From an uncultured archaeon (GTDB taxonomy: Archaea > Asgardarchaeota > Lokiarchaeia > Sigyniarchaeales > SOKP01): a stretch of DNA of 30,389 nucleotides. This document shows, one piece after another, positions 1-9,054 of this stretch; within the stretch, counting starts at the first letter, position 1; each line of letters opens with the position of its first letter. Both the position numbers and the translations under genes were made by a program. The notes beneath the pieces are model-generated. The model worked only from the letters and a program-made list of their open reading frames with translations, did no database searches and was not told where the DNA came from. The stretch is from the NCBI GenBank assembly GCA_964388035.1, contig CAYLZE010000062.1, forward strand, positions 1 through 30,389, read 5' to 3'.

Positions 1-1054
1 TAGGCATTTTCTCGAAAATCTCGATGAACTTAACATTATCAATTTCATCCGTCATATGCGTCTGAAGATCCATTGCTAACGCAAATTTCAAATAAGTTAG
101 ATTTTGAAATAGGAACATTTTGGGAATGGTGATTTCAAGGAGCTTTTCATCCTTAACATAGTTTACTTTAAAATCTCCGATATTTTCCTTAGGAATTCCC
201 TTCGATATCATGAAATACTGTATTTTATCATTAAAATCCTCAATTTTATCACTAATTTCCACGTTATAATCCACATTCTGTCCTGCTAAAGGGTGGTTGT
301 AATCAACCAATACTTTTCCTTGAGCAATATTCTTTACTACACCACGCTGTCCCGTACTTTTTTTTGCAAAATCCTGGCCCATTTGGGGATTTTTTCCCTC
401 GTTCATTTGCTTAAATTTAGCTATTCCTATTCTTTCAATTTTTTGAGGATCTCGTTTTCCAAATGCTTTGATGGGAGGTATTCTGACGGATTTTTTTTCA
501 TAGTATTTCATATTTTCTATAACTTCTGTCAATCCCTCATTTAAAAAACCAGGTTTTCCCGCTATTACGAATTCGGGAGTATAATAACCTTGCTTTTCTT
601 TTTCCTCTTCATATATTCCTGCTTTTTTTGCGTCTTCTATTGAAGAAACTCTAAATACTTGTCCTTTTTGGGTTTTTCCCGTGATCTTAACCAAGAGAAA
701 ATCTCCCTTTTCGACGGGTTTTCCTTCTAATCTTTTTCTTTTTTCTTCAGCTTTTTTTAATTCTAATTTAACATTTTCTTCATCTTCATCGATTTTCGTT
801 TCTGGTTCGGGTTTATCTCCTTCTACCTTACTTTTTTCGCTTGGCTCAACAGGTTCAGTTTTTTTAGACTCATTTAATAATTCAGTGGCTCTTTCAATGA
901 ACTTTTTTGCTGAAGCTTCGCCAATACCCTCAATTTCTAACAATGTTTCTACATTCGTCCCCGCTAATTTTTCTACACTATCAATCCCAGCTGATTTTAA
1001 AGAATCAACGGTTTTTTTCCCTAGCCCTTTGATATTTTCAAGTCTTAGGCTCAT
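1..1054 (-). CDS. Long-type archaeal FKBP peptidyl-prolyl cis-trans isomerase (SlyD-like) with an N-terminal helix-hairpin-helix domain; 3' end truncated by the window edge
   Basis: Not in the ORF track; translated by hand from the ATG at 1054 and open to position 1: MSLRLENIKGLGKKTVDSLKSAGIDSVEKLAGTNVETLLEIEGIGEASAKKFIERA (tandem HhH), an acidic linker, then VEKGDFLLVKITGK...GFLNEGLTEVIENM...VRIPPIKAFGKRDP...VLVDYNHPLAGQNVDYNVEI (FKBP/SlyD DxNHPLAG signature) and a C-terminal extension. Confidence 0.9.
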   Translation of the reverse strand, partial: MSLRLENIKGLGKKTVDSLKSAGIDSVEKLAGTNVETLLEIEGIGEASAKKFIERATELLNESKKTEPVEPSEKSKVEGDKPEPETKIDEDEENVKLELKKAEEKRKRLEGKPVEKGDFLLVKITGKTQKGQVFRVSSIEDAKKAGIYEEEKEKQGYYTPEFVIAGKPGFLNEGLTEVIENMKYYEKKSVRIPPIKAFGKRDPQKIERIGIAKFKQMNEGKNPQMGQDFAKKSTGQRGVVKNIAQGKVLVDYNHPLAGQNVDYNVEISDKIEDFNDKIQYFMISKGIPKENIGDFKVNYVKDEKLLEITIPKMFLFQNLTYLKFALAMDLQTHMTDEIDNVKFIEIFEKMP

Positions 1055-1140
1055 TTTAAATAACTTCTACAGTAATTCTATATTAAAAAGAGAAATATTG
1101 GATAACTTATAGATTTTTCTAAAAGAGTTTTTTAAGATGG

Positions 1141-1154
1141 AACTACTGCTCTCG
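1141..1154. repeat. 14-bp intergenic motif AACTACTGCTCTCG, copy 1
   Basis: Identical to 3284..3297. Both copies are intergenic and lie upstream of minus-strand starts. Confidence 0.5.
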
Positions 1155-1186
1155 GGTAAAAAAATTAGATTATAATAGCAGCCAAT

Positions 1187-2299
1187 TCAAGAAACAGGTT
1201 TATATATAATTCCAAGATCGTTAGCATAACGTTTAGTCTCCTTAATTTCTTCTGATGTTGGATGGCGATTTATCTCCGGATATCTGGAGGCATGATATAC
1301 GGGTCTATACTGAGCCATTATATTTACAACGCAATTCGGGACTTCTTTTGCCACAAAATCCAAAATGGGTTTAGAACAACACTCCACGTGATTAGGCATG
1401 ACCAAATGACGAATAATGATTTCCCCACTTCCCTCATCATAGATGATCTTCAAATTACGTTTAATTATGTTATAATAATCATTAACCCCCGAATATTTCT
1501 TAGCACATTCATTATTTCCATATTTGAAATCGGGGAGCCAAAAATCAATCAAATCTAAAATTAGGGATAAGCTATCTACTGTTAAATAAAAATTGGAATT
1601 CCATAATTGGCAAACGTTATTTACTTGATGCTTTAGATTATTGATAATGATGTGAATGTTTGGAATTGGGTCTCCACCCACGTAATTAATATTTAACGCT
1701 CCTTTCTCAAATAACTTATTTGCTAAGTTAGCAAGAGAGATTCCATCCACATATCGGGCAACAGCTCCAATGTCCTCCCTTTTTTTCCATTCTTGAGATA
1801 AATCATAATTTTGGCAAAAGCAACAAGAGAAATTACACCCTTGAAAAAAAATCGTGCCACTTGGCACTAAAACATTTTCTTCTCCGTAATGCAAGAAAGC
1901 GGATGATACATATGCATCCTTCGGAACGCAACAATATCCTTTCTCACCCTCATGCCTATTTGCCTCACATCTTCGCTCACAAAAATTGCATTTTTTCAAG
2001 TATTCTTGTGCAATCTTTTCCGCAAGATCCAGATATGAATTTTGTTGAACTTTTCGATTTATTAAGAGATTATAATTTTCTTTTAATAACTCTCGAAATT
2101 TTAGAGTAAGTCCATTAAATTCCTCGATCTTGCTCTGAAGAGTACTTTTTTCTTTGCGTTCCCACTTTATTGTCTTTGCAATTAGATATCTGGCGATTTG
2201 CGTTCCGTTAATTATGCCTTTATATCTTGAAAATCTATGTTTAATTTCCTCATTTTTCCAGACTTCTTCTGCATAAGAAGGGTGTAGTCGAAAAACCAT
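1187..2299 (-). CDS. pflX: Radical SAM protein, PflX-like (COG1313 type)
   Basis: CxxxCxxC motif (GCNFSCCFCQN), upstream CNFCERRC...GYC cluster, HYGEE, SGTIFF, NYVGGDP, DFKYGN, IIRHLVMPNH and NIMAQYRP motifs typical of the PflX family. Confidence 0.85.
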   Translation of the reverse strand: MVFRLHPSYAEEVWKNEEIKHRFSRYKGIINGTQIARYLIAKTIKWERKEKSTLQSKIEEFNGLTLKFRELLKENYNLLINRKVQQNSYLDLAEKIAQEYLKKCNFCERRCEANRHEGEKGYCCVPKDAYVSSAFLHYGEENVLVPSGTIFFQGCNFSCCFCQNYDLSQEWKKREDIGAVARYVDGISLANLANKLFEKGALNINYVGGDPIPNIHIIINNLKHQVNNVCQLWNSNFYLTVDSLSLILDLIDFWLPDFKYGNNECAKKYSGVNDYYNIIKRNLKIIYDEGSGEIIIRHLVMPNHVECCSKPILDFVAKEVPNCVVNIMAQYRPVYHASRYPEINRHPTSEEIKETKRYANDLGIIYKPVS

Positions 2300-2487
2300 G
2301 ATAAATTACCTCCTTTACTCATTAATTAAAAAAGAGTACATTATGAAGATATTTGAATCTCAGGAATATCATTTAATTCCCTTAAATTCAGGATTTAAGT
2401 ATCCCTCAATAGTTTACCATTTCTGTAATATTGATATAATTGTATTAAAGAGAATTATGATAAAATAAATTTCATTAGGGTGCGGCT

Positions 2488-3222
2488 TTAAGTCTCAAAA
2501 TTAAGCCAACGAACTACATTTTTTAAAAATTTCAAGTTATCTCCTGAGTCAATCCCGTAGTCACTGTCCTCCAATAAAAACTCCGATGATCCTATAGTAA
2601 CACATCGCCCACTATAAAATGTAGAGGCACAGCATATTGGCACGGTGCCTATTGAACTGATTTCCTCGTCCGATAAGTATTTAAACTCTGCCTTCTCAGA
2701 GGTCACTACGATATCATCCACATCCTCATCCGATAATGTTAAGAATGTTGAATTAGGAAAAACGAGTTCGGTCACCTTTTTTGTGATAGGATGATTAAAC
2801 AATTCAGTGGCTAACACATTTTCTTTATTCACTAAAAAATTGGATCCTGTTTCTAATATGATTCCGTTCCAAAAACGCTTCACTCCGGTAATTTTATACA
2901 ATACTCTGATGGATCCTTCTTTCATTAAGATATCGTTGTCGCCTCCTGCCCCAGAGGTTAGAAGCAAGCCTCCTTCACTCTCTCCGATAAATCTCTTTAT
3001 CGCTTTCAATTCATCGGGAGTAATTCTATCATCTTTATTCTTTTTATCATGTTGTATATTTCCAATGAATAAAATATCAAAATCTTCAAGTAGGTCAAAG
3101 TCAATAGGACCTTCATTTCGATCGATATAATGAACTTCATAATCATCTTCCCCTAATGAAAACTCCGGAAATTCTTCTATTTCTTCATTGTGAGATAAGT
3201 CAACTAATATTCTGTAGCTCAT
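2488..3222 (-). CDS. Soluble GATase-like/GIFT-type domain protein (DUF4350/GldG/IFT52-like)
   Basis: N-terminal ILVDLSHNE, 'LLEDFDILFI', 'ELKAIKRFI..GGLLL', 'HPITK', 'GRCVTIGSS' and C-terminal 'DNLKFLKNVVRWL' fit the GIFT/DUF4350 flavodoxin-like pattern. No signal peptide or TM helix is visible. Confidence 0.55.
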   Translation of the reverse strand: MSYRILVDLSHNEEIEEFPEFSLGEDDYEVHYIDRNEGPIDFDLLEDFDILFIGNIQHDKKNKDDRITPDELKAIKRFIGESEGGLLLTSGAGGDNDILMKEGSIRVLYKITGVKRFWNGIILETGSNFLVNKENVLATELFNHPITKKVTELVFPNSTFLTLSDEDVDDIVVTSEKAEFKYLSDEEISSIGTVPICCASTFYSGRCVTIGSSEFLLEDSDYGIDSGDNLKFLKNVVRWLNFET

Positions 3223-3283
3223 CGATTTATCCTTACTTTATTTTTTTTCCTTTTTTTCCAAAAAAAAACAAAAATTCTATTAA

Positions 3284-3297
3284 AACTACTGCTCTCG
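3284..3297. repeat. 14-bp intergenic motif AACTACTGCTCTCG, copy 2
   Basis: Identical to 1141..1154. Confidence 0.5.
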
Positions 3298-3692
3298 TTC
3301 TTCTAAAAAAATCCATTCTTGTTCTAATTAAAGCAATTTCTTTTTATAAACTTTATTTTTCCAAATTGGTACAATTTAAAGTTTATGGTTTATAAAATGA
3401 CATTTTTATTATATTTTATAATTCTTAAGTTATTAATAAAAGTTCTTTCTTCCTTTGAATTAAAATAGAAATAGGTCTATTGAAATCATTTTCATGGATT
3501 AAACTAATATTTGAATTGAGACTAATCAAAAAATAATAGGTGTATTGAAGATTAAGAATCAATAATCACAATAAAATTTTTTTTGAAAATTTATCATGTA
3601 AAGAGTTATTGTTTATTGTATTTATTGATTAAACGTTTCACTTTAAATTAGTTTATAAGTTGCATGATTAACTTTTCCAAATTACTAGTAAT

Positions 3693-4583
3693 TCATTTCT
3701 GTTCCAAGAGTTTTTTCAATTTTAAATTTTCAGATTTCATCTGATCAATTTTTTGGGATTGCTCGTTGATTTTTTGGGATTGCTCATTGATTTTTTGGGC
3801 CTGCTCATTGATTTTTTGGGCCTGCTCATTGATTTTTTGGGCCTGCTCATTAAGTAATTGTTCATTTTTCTCATTTTCCGTCAATAAGATTTCCTTTTCC
3901 TTGGGATTTATTAATACTAAACGATAAAGAGATTCTTCTTTTTGATGTTTTATCGCTCGTCTCCACAGACCCAAACGAAAAGGAACGATATCAGATACAT
4001 CAATAATGGCATCCATGTCCAATACTCCTTCGATTTCATTGATAACTTTTCGGATTTCACGTACTTCATAAGTTCCATCTTGCTTTAAAACATAAGCTCG
4101 AAGAAAAGGAGGTTTATATAATTCTGTTGCCACATTATATGAGGGAAAAACGACATATAGGGATACGGATAAAAGATGGCATAGATCGACTTTTTCTCCT
4201 ATATCGGAACGCCAGGTGCTTTTTGAGAGGATGTTAATTGCCATCGTTGGTACTTTATTATTAAATTCTCCCACTTTATATGATGATAATGTATAAGGAA
4301 TTTTTAATCCTTTAAAATAGGAAATATCAAATTGGATATCAATATCAATATTTTTTTTCGTAAAATAATGATGGAGATCCCATATAGTTCTATCTTCAGG
4401 AAAGTTAGTTGTCAGTACATCATATAAGTAAGAAATTTCTGCAGCATGTGGTTCACTTTCCCTCCTTCCTAATCTTGGAACACTTGGATCAAAAGTATCG
4501 GGTTCTGCATCTCTATGACGTGTGCTTACAAATGGTTTATCATTAATAACAGCCTCTTTATGTCGATCGGACTCTTGTTGCAT
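3693..4583 (-). CDS. Uma2-like (PD-(D/E)xK fold) nuclease-family protein with a C-terminal coiled-coil repeat tail
   Basis: ESEPH, FDISYF and MAINILSKSTWRSD..EK...LSVSLYVVF match the Uma2 pattern (PD...xEVLSxST...D...K...GVxEY). The C-terminal tail has heptad repeats INEQ[A/S]QK. Confidence 0.7.
   Translation of the reverse strand: MQQESDRHKEAVINDKPFVSTRHRDAEPDTFDPSVPRLGRRESEPHAAEISYLYDVLTTNFPEDRTIWDLHHYFTKKNIDIDIQFDISYFKGLKIPYTLSSYKVGEFNNKVPTMAINILSKSTWRSDIGEKVDLCHLLSVSLYVVFPSYNVATELYKPPFLRAYVLKQDGTYEVREIRKVINEIEGVLDMDAIIDVSDIVPFRLGLWRRAIKHQKEESLYRLVLINPKEKEILLTENEKNEQLLNEQAQKINEQAQKINEQAQKINEQSQKINEQSQKIDQMKSENLKLKKLLEQK
3748..3851. repeat. In-frame 21-bp tandem repeat, 5 copies (ATTTTTTGGG[CC/AT]TGCTC[A/G]TTG)
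   Basis: Copies start at 3748, 3769, 3790, 3811 and 3832; they encode NEQAQKI/NEQSQKI on the minus strand. Confidence 0.95.
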
Positions 4584-4902
4584 CTAAATTTTCACCAAAA
4601 TCCAAAGATATAATAGATTTTTACATTTAAAAACTAATTTATTTTAATAGAATAATTTAATATTCGAAAAATCTTAATAATTTTTACCATTTTTTCCTGA
4701 AACCCATTCCGCCTAATAGTTTGCTCGATTGAGTCTAGAATTTTTTATACGCTTTTTCTTTTTCAAGATATTAATTCTTTTTATTTGTTCTTCAAAAAGA
4801 AGAATAAGAACAGCAAAATTTAATTTAAAAAGTTTACATGCGATAAAAAGAGTTAAAGATATTAAAGAAATATAATTTTTTATTGGTTAAACCTAATCCA
4901 TA

Positions 4903-5604
4903 TTAAATAGGGAAAAATATCCGTTCAGGAGTTCCTTCTTTTTTAATTATGACAATATCAATCCCATTGCCACTGGCCATATCCCGAATAATTGAGGCAG
5001 ATATAGCTGTTTTTATTATGTTCTTTCCCTCTTCAACCGTTAGGTTTTCTTTATACTTGGCTTCAAGCACACCATATGAGAAATTTTGACCACTGCCAAT
5101 AGCACAATATTTTTCAGGTAATAAGGAACCGTACGCACCCACATCAAAAATGACGGGTCCTTCCTCTTCCGTGATGCCTCCCAGAATTAAACCAACTTCA
5201 AAAGGAAATTGTTTCTTAGAATAAAGAATGTTTGATAGAATCTGGGCAGCAGATTTTACTTTAATGGGTTTTTCTTTTTCTAACTGATATAAAGTGGTCT
5301 CGGCTCTCAAAATGTCAATTAAATTTTGAGCATCTGCCACGGATCCTGCGATCGTCATCCATAAATGATCTTGAATCTTGTGAAGCTTTTCAGAAGTTTT
5401 ACTTGCTACAAAATACATCATTGAAGCTCTTTTATCCGTTCCTAAGATAACAGCATCTTTACAAGTTAATCCAACCGTAGTGGTACCCGTTTTAATGTGG
5501 GCTTTTTTCGAAGCGAATGTATCTTCCCCTTCTTGCAGCTTCATGCTCTGGATATGTCTAAGAAATGGCGAAGTACGGTTTTGTAATAATTCTTCTTTTC
5601 TCAT
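4903..5604 (-). CDS. psmB: 20S proteasome beta subunit
   Basis: Propeptide junction KTG|TTTVG (Thr1 nucleophile), GTDKRAS, EKLHKI, AGSVADAQ, AIGSG and RDMASG motifs. Confidence 0.97.
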   Translation of the reverse strand: MRKEELLQNRTSPFLRHIQSMKLQEGEDTFASKKAHIKTGTTTVGLTCKDAVILGTDKRASMMYFVASKTSEKLHKIQDHLWMTIAGSVADAQNLIDILRAETTLYQLEKEKPIKVKSAAQILSNILYSKKQFPFEVGLILGGITEEEGPVIFDVGAYGSLLPEKYCAIGSGQNFSYGVLEAKYKENLTVEEGKNIIKTAISASIIRDMASGNGIDIVIIKKEGTPERIFFPI

Positions 5605-5747
5605 ACTTTCTTTAAAGAACTTACTAAATTAAAAATTTTCTCTAATTAACTATAAATTAAAGATTAAATCAAAGAAATACATTTTAAATTATAATTCTAG
5701 GCTCAGGTTCGAATATTTATTCAATCTTATCTGATAGAAATTTGATC

Positions 5748-6170
5748 TCATTCAATTTTCCTTGAGATTCGTGACAAGGGATGTCCTTTTGCTCTAAAAT
5801 CAAGTTCATTAAACCAACCAAAAGGAGGACGGAGAACTTTATATCCAGAATTATTTAAGTTTTCTTCTAATTTCTTTATTGCAGTAAATCCAAACTCTGG
5901 CGTACTTAATTCTCCAAAAAGATGAGCAAAGGAGAGCAGGACGATGTTATTTACCTTCAAATCATTAATAATTCTCTTTATTTCTTTTTCGGCTTTATCA
6001 AATAAGAGTGAATTATTCTCATCTAACTTTTCAAAACTGATAAAAAGTACGATGACTTCGTTCATTTCACCTGATTTATTTTCATCCGTTAGATCTTCTA
6101 GAATTTTTGAGCGGCTTTTCTTTGTCGTGTTATATTTGAAATAATCGCAATGAAAAGAAAGGAATCTCAT
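5748..6170 (-). CDS. Stand-alone archaeal threonyl-tRNA synthetase editing domain (Ser-tRNA(Thr) deacylase-like)
   Basis: MRFLSFHCDYFKY start, FAHL, PFGW and C-terminal KGHPLSRISRKI match the archaea-specific ThrRS N-terminal editing domain. No catalytic domain follows. Confidence 0.88.
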   Translation of the reverse strand: MRFLSFHCDYFKYNTTKKSRSKILEDLTDENKSGEMNEVIVLFISFEKLDENNSLLFDKAEKEIKRIINDLKVNNIVLLSFAHLFGELSTPEFGFTAIKKLEENLNNSGYKVLRPPFGWFNELDFRAKGHPLSRISRKIE

Positions 6171-6205
6171 TGTCCATCGTTATAAATTTATTATTTATCA
6201 AATTG

Positions 6206-8278
6206 CTATAGAGAACCTAATTCATCATGACTAAAAGAGATACCCATTATTTTCTCTGTAAGAAAATCCATGTTTTTACCCCGATTTTCTGACAAAATTT
6301 TCACTGCTTCTTCCGTGTTCATGTTTTCATGGATGATTTTGGATACCGCTAATCCCACAGCTCGGGGATCATCATAACCAGGATAAAGTAGATTACGCCC
6401 CACGAGACATCCTTTTATATTCTTTCCCGCTCCTAAGCCTTTTTCAAATTCTTCGAGAATATCCGTGGGATTTCCCGTGCTTTCTCCTCCTAACATCAGT
6501 ATCGGATTACTCGTGCTTCTTACCACGTGTTCATAGTCATCTACGTAGGGAATTTTTAACCAGATGTTTGCCGAGCTACCTCCAATGGCAGTAGCTACTC
6601 CGATCGTTTTAATTAAATCTTCAGGAGTCAAGAGCACCTTATATTCCATTGTATCTTGACGCTCCACGGGCAATGGTTCTATAAATGCGGGAATACCGTA
6701 CGTATTGCAAGCCCTAACCATTTTGGAACATGTTTCTAAGGTACGCTGACTATATCGAGCCATATTGGTTTTCAAGTCTAAACGAAACATCATTTTTACT
6801 CCATCCAACCCCAATTTATTAATGTCATCCACCGAATATGCCGTAACTACATCGTCCATTTCAAAGTTTGACCCAGATAATCCTCCACGATTAGTACACC
6901 CGATTAAAATCTTGTTATCCATGAAACTTTTTCCTTCTTTTTGCTTCATAAGATAGTTAAGGATCATTAGATCATCCATGACATCGGGCGTGGTCATTAC
7001 CCCATCTATCTCATCCAACATTAAGACCCTGACGATTCTACCTAAATATTGCTGCCTATCTCCCATCGCTAATTCCTCACCCCTCACATTAGTGACCCTG
7101 CGAGCAGGATGATCTGCCGCAATAATAACCAAGTCAGAATTCCATGGGCGTGCTCTCTTTATTCTACCCTCATATTCTTTTTTAAGAATTTCATTAAAAT
7201 TACCCTTTTTCATCTCGGTTATCATGTAGAAAATCTTTTCCGGTAAAAAACTCCTGGTCTTGAAACGATAGGATCCTAAAGCATAATTCACATCAATTTG
7301 CTGTCGTGCTTCTTCGAACCCAGCGATGGCAATTTTTATCACTGACTCGCTTAACTGCCTTCCACGTGGAGTATACTCGAATCCGATTCCTTCTTCATAA
7401 TTAATTTCTTTCAAAACCTTAAGAAAGTTTTTGAGGATTTCTGGAGTAACATTTCCGTTGGGATAATCCAGGGAGACATGAGAATCCCCATAATTCTCGT
7501 CGCTCTTATCCGAAACGCTATTTGCGATATGGATCCAATTTAAGAAAGGAGCAAGAGCTCTAATTACGGAGAATTCCTCGTGATCATACCCATTTTTAAT
7601 TAGAAACATGTGCGATAAATCATATAACAACCCGAACTCTTCATGATGATAAAGATTGCGTATTTCAACAGCAAGTGCGCGTGCTTCATCAGAAGGCCCA
7701 AGTAATTGATTTTTATGGCCCGGTTCATCTAATCTATCGAATGTTTCCAAGGTAATTTTCAAGGTTTTTTTTTTATATTTTTTCGCTAATTCTTTATTAA
7801 AATGGCATAATTCATCAATGGATTTGGTTAGAGAATCAATTGCCAATTTTCGGCTCCGATTTCCACTAGTTGTGCCTGGATCTTCACCGCTTAAAAAAGT
7901 AAATTGCTTTGCGTCATATTCATATGCCTCATTCATGTACCATTTTAGCCTATTCACCGCATTTTCTCGTTCTAATTCGTCAATCGAACTGATATCCGAA
8001 GAGTCAATCAATTTATCTTCATTAATAAGCTGGATAGGTTCTGCAGTATATGTGATGTATTTAAAACTCTTGATAGCATTTATAAAATTAGCTTTTATTT
8101 CAGGATCTTTAATATGGGTAATTTCCAGACCATCAAAATATTTCAAATTTTTTAAAAATTTAATAGAGTCTAATAAGTATTTTTCAGGAGCTTCTCCCAA
8201 CATTGTAGAATGCCCTAAGCGAGGACCTGGAAAAGCCATGGGAAAGACCAAACTTTTTATATTTTTTTCAAACGCCAA
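6206..8278 (-). CDS. Two-TIM-barrel fusion: xylose-isomerase/AP-endonuclease-2-like domain plus Cgl0159-like class I aldolase domain
   Basis: N-half metal-binding motifs LETFD, LYDLSH, IHIAN, GDSH and FE. C-half IAADHPARR, GCTNRGGL, GVKMM, FIEP, WLKIPY (candidate Schiff-base Lys), LMLGG and VGRNL, as in DeoC/LacD-clan aldolases. Confidence 0.75.
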   Translation of the reverse strand: MAFEKNIKSLVFPMAFPGPRLGHSTMLGEAPEKYLLDSIKFLKNLKYFDGLEITHIKDPEIKANFINAIKSFKYITYTAEPIQLINEDKLIDSSDISSIDELERENAVNRLKWYMNEAYEYDAKQFTFLSGEDPGTTSGNRSRKLAIDSLTKSIDELCHFNKELAKKYKKKTLKITLETFDRLDEPGHKNQLLGPSDEARALAVEIRNLYHHEEFGLLYDLSHMFLIKNGYDHEEFSVIRALAPFLNWIHIANSVSDKSDENYGDSHVSLDYPNGNVTPEILKNFLKVLKEINYEEGIGFEYTPRGRQLSESVIKIAIAGFEEARQQIDVNYALGSYRFKTRSFLPEKIFYMITEMKKGNFNEILKKEYEGRIKRARPWNSDLVIIAADHPARRVTNVRGEELAMGDRQQYLGRIVRVLMLDEIDGVMTTPDVMDDLMILNYLMKQKEGKSFMDNKILIGCTNRGGLSGSNFEMDDVVTAYSVDDINKLGLDGVKMMFRLDLKTNMARYSQRTLETCSKMVRACNTYGIPAFIEPLPVERQDTMEYKVLLTPEDLIKTIGVATAIGGSSANIWLKIPYVDDYEHVVRSTSNPILMLGGESTGNPTDILEEFEKGLGAGKNIKGCLVGRNLLYPGYDDPRAVGLAVSKIIHENMNTEEAVKILSENRGKNMDFLTEKIMGISFSHDELGSL

Positions 8279-8548
8279 TTTTAAAATGATCCCTCTTTTT
8301 TTTGGGTTAATATGATTTTCTTTAAAGTTATTATGTTTTTTTTTAGAATTATAAATTCTTCTTCTAAAGTAAAAAAATTATTTTGCATATTTAAATTTAT
8401 CTGTGGTTACTATGTGATAATTTAGATAAGCACTATTTTTTCTTTTAATATGATTTGAAGAAAAATTGATCTAAAAAAATAAAAAATAAATATAAGAAAA
8501 ACCATACTATATTAAAGAAAAATCGAAATAACTTTCAAAAAAATCGTC

Positions 8549-8830
8549 ATGCCTTTAAAAAGAGATTGGATCACGCGTATGATAGACATTTTTCATAAAT
8601 TAAGATTAAATATTATATATAATCAGACAAATGTGAGAGACTTTCTTCGAGATGAGTGCGATGATTCAATTAGTTTACCTACCACGGGAGAGTTACTGAC
8701 AAGTATCATTAAAGCTCAAGAAAATGGAATGTTATTTAAAATAAATAACAAGATTAGAAAACTTGAGGAAAAAGAAACATATAGTGGAGAATCGCGCTAC
8801 GAGCTGATTGAATTCGAGGAGAATCAATAG
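8549..8830 (+). CDS. Hypothetical protein (possible small winged-helix fold)
   Basis: 93-aa ATG ORF filling an intergenic gap after an AT-rich promoter-like stretch, with normal composition. The fold guess is weak. Confidence 0.55.
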   Translation: MPLKRDWITRMIDIFHKLRLNIIYNQTNVRDFLRDECDDSISLPTTGELLTSIIKAQENGMLFKINNKIRKLEEKETYSGESRYELIEFEENQ

Positions 8831-9054
8831 TAAATCAGGATAAAAAAATAAAAATTAAGTTCCATTATTGAGTAATCTTTTATTTCTAGATATCAAATTT
8901 TGCTCTGTAATAAGAAACCTTTTATTAATAGTTAACAAACAATTAATAGAAAATAGAATGAAAATCAATCTTCAGTAATTTTTGATAATAATTTTTTATA
9001 CTTATCAGAAAATATATTGATTGAGAATGTGAAGAATTTAGGTGTCATTTACAT

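Noticed and set aside
293-1112. Plus-strand ORFs 293..544 and 681..1112
   Set aside because: Antisense shadows (F/S-rich) of the minus-strand HhH-FKBP gene.
1262-3395. Plus-strand ORFs 1262..1558, 1861..2109, 2807..3130 and 3156..3395
   Set aside because: Antisense to well-supported genes or low-complexity; no motifs.
3748-3851. Possible CRISPR array
   Set aside because: The repeats are contiguous with no spacers and lie in frame within a CDS; no cas genes are present.
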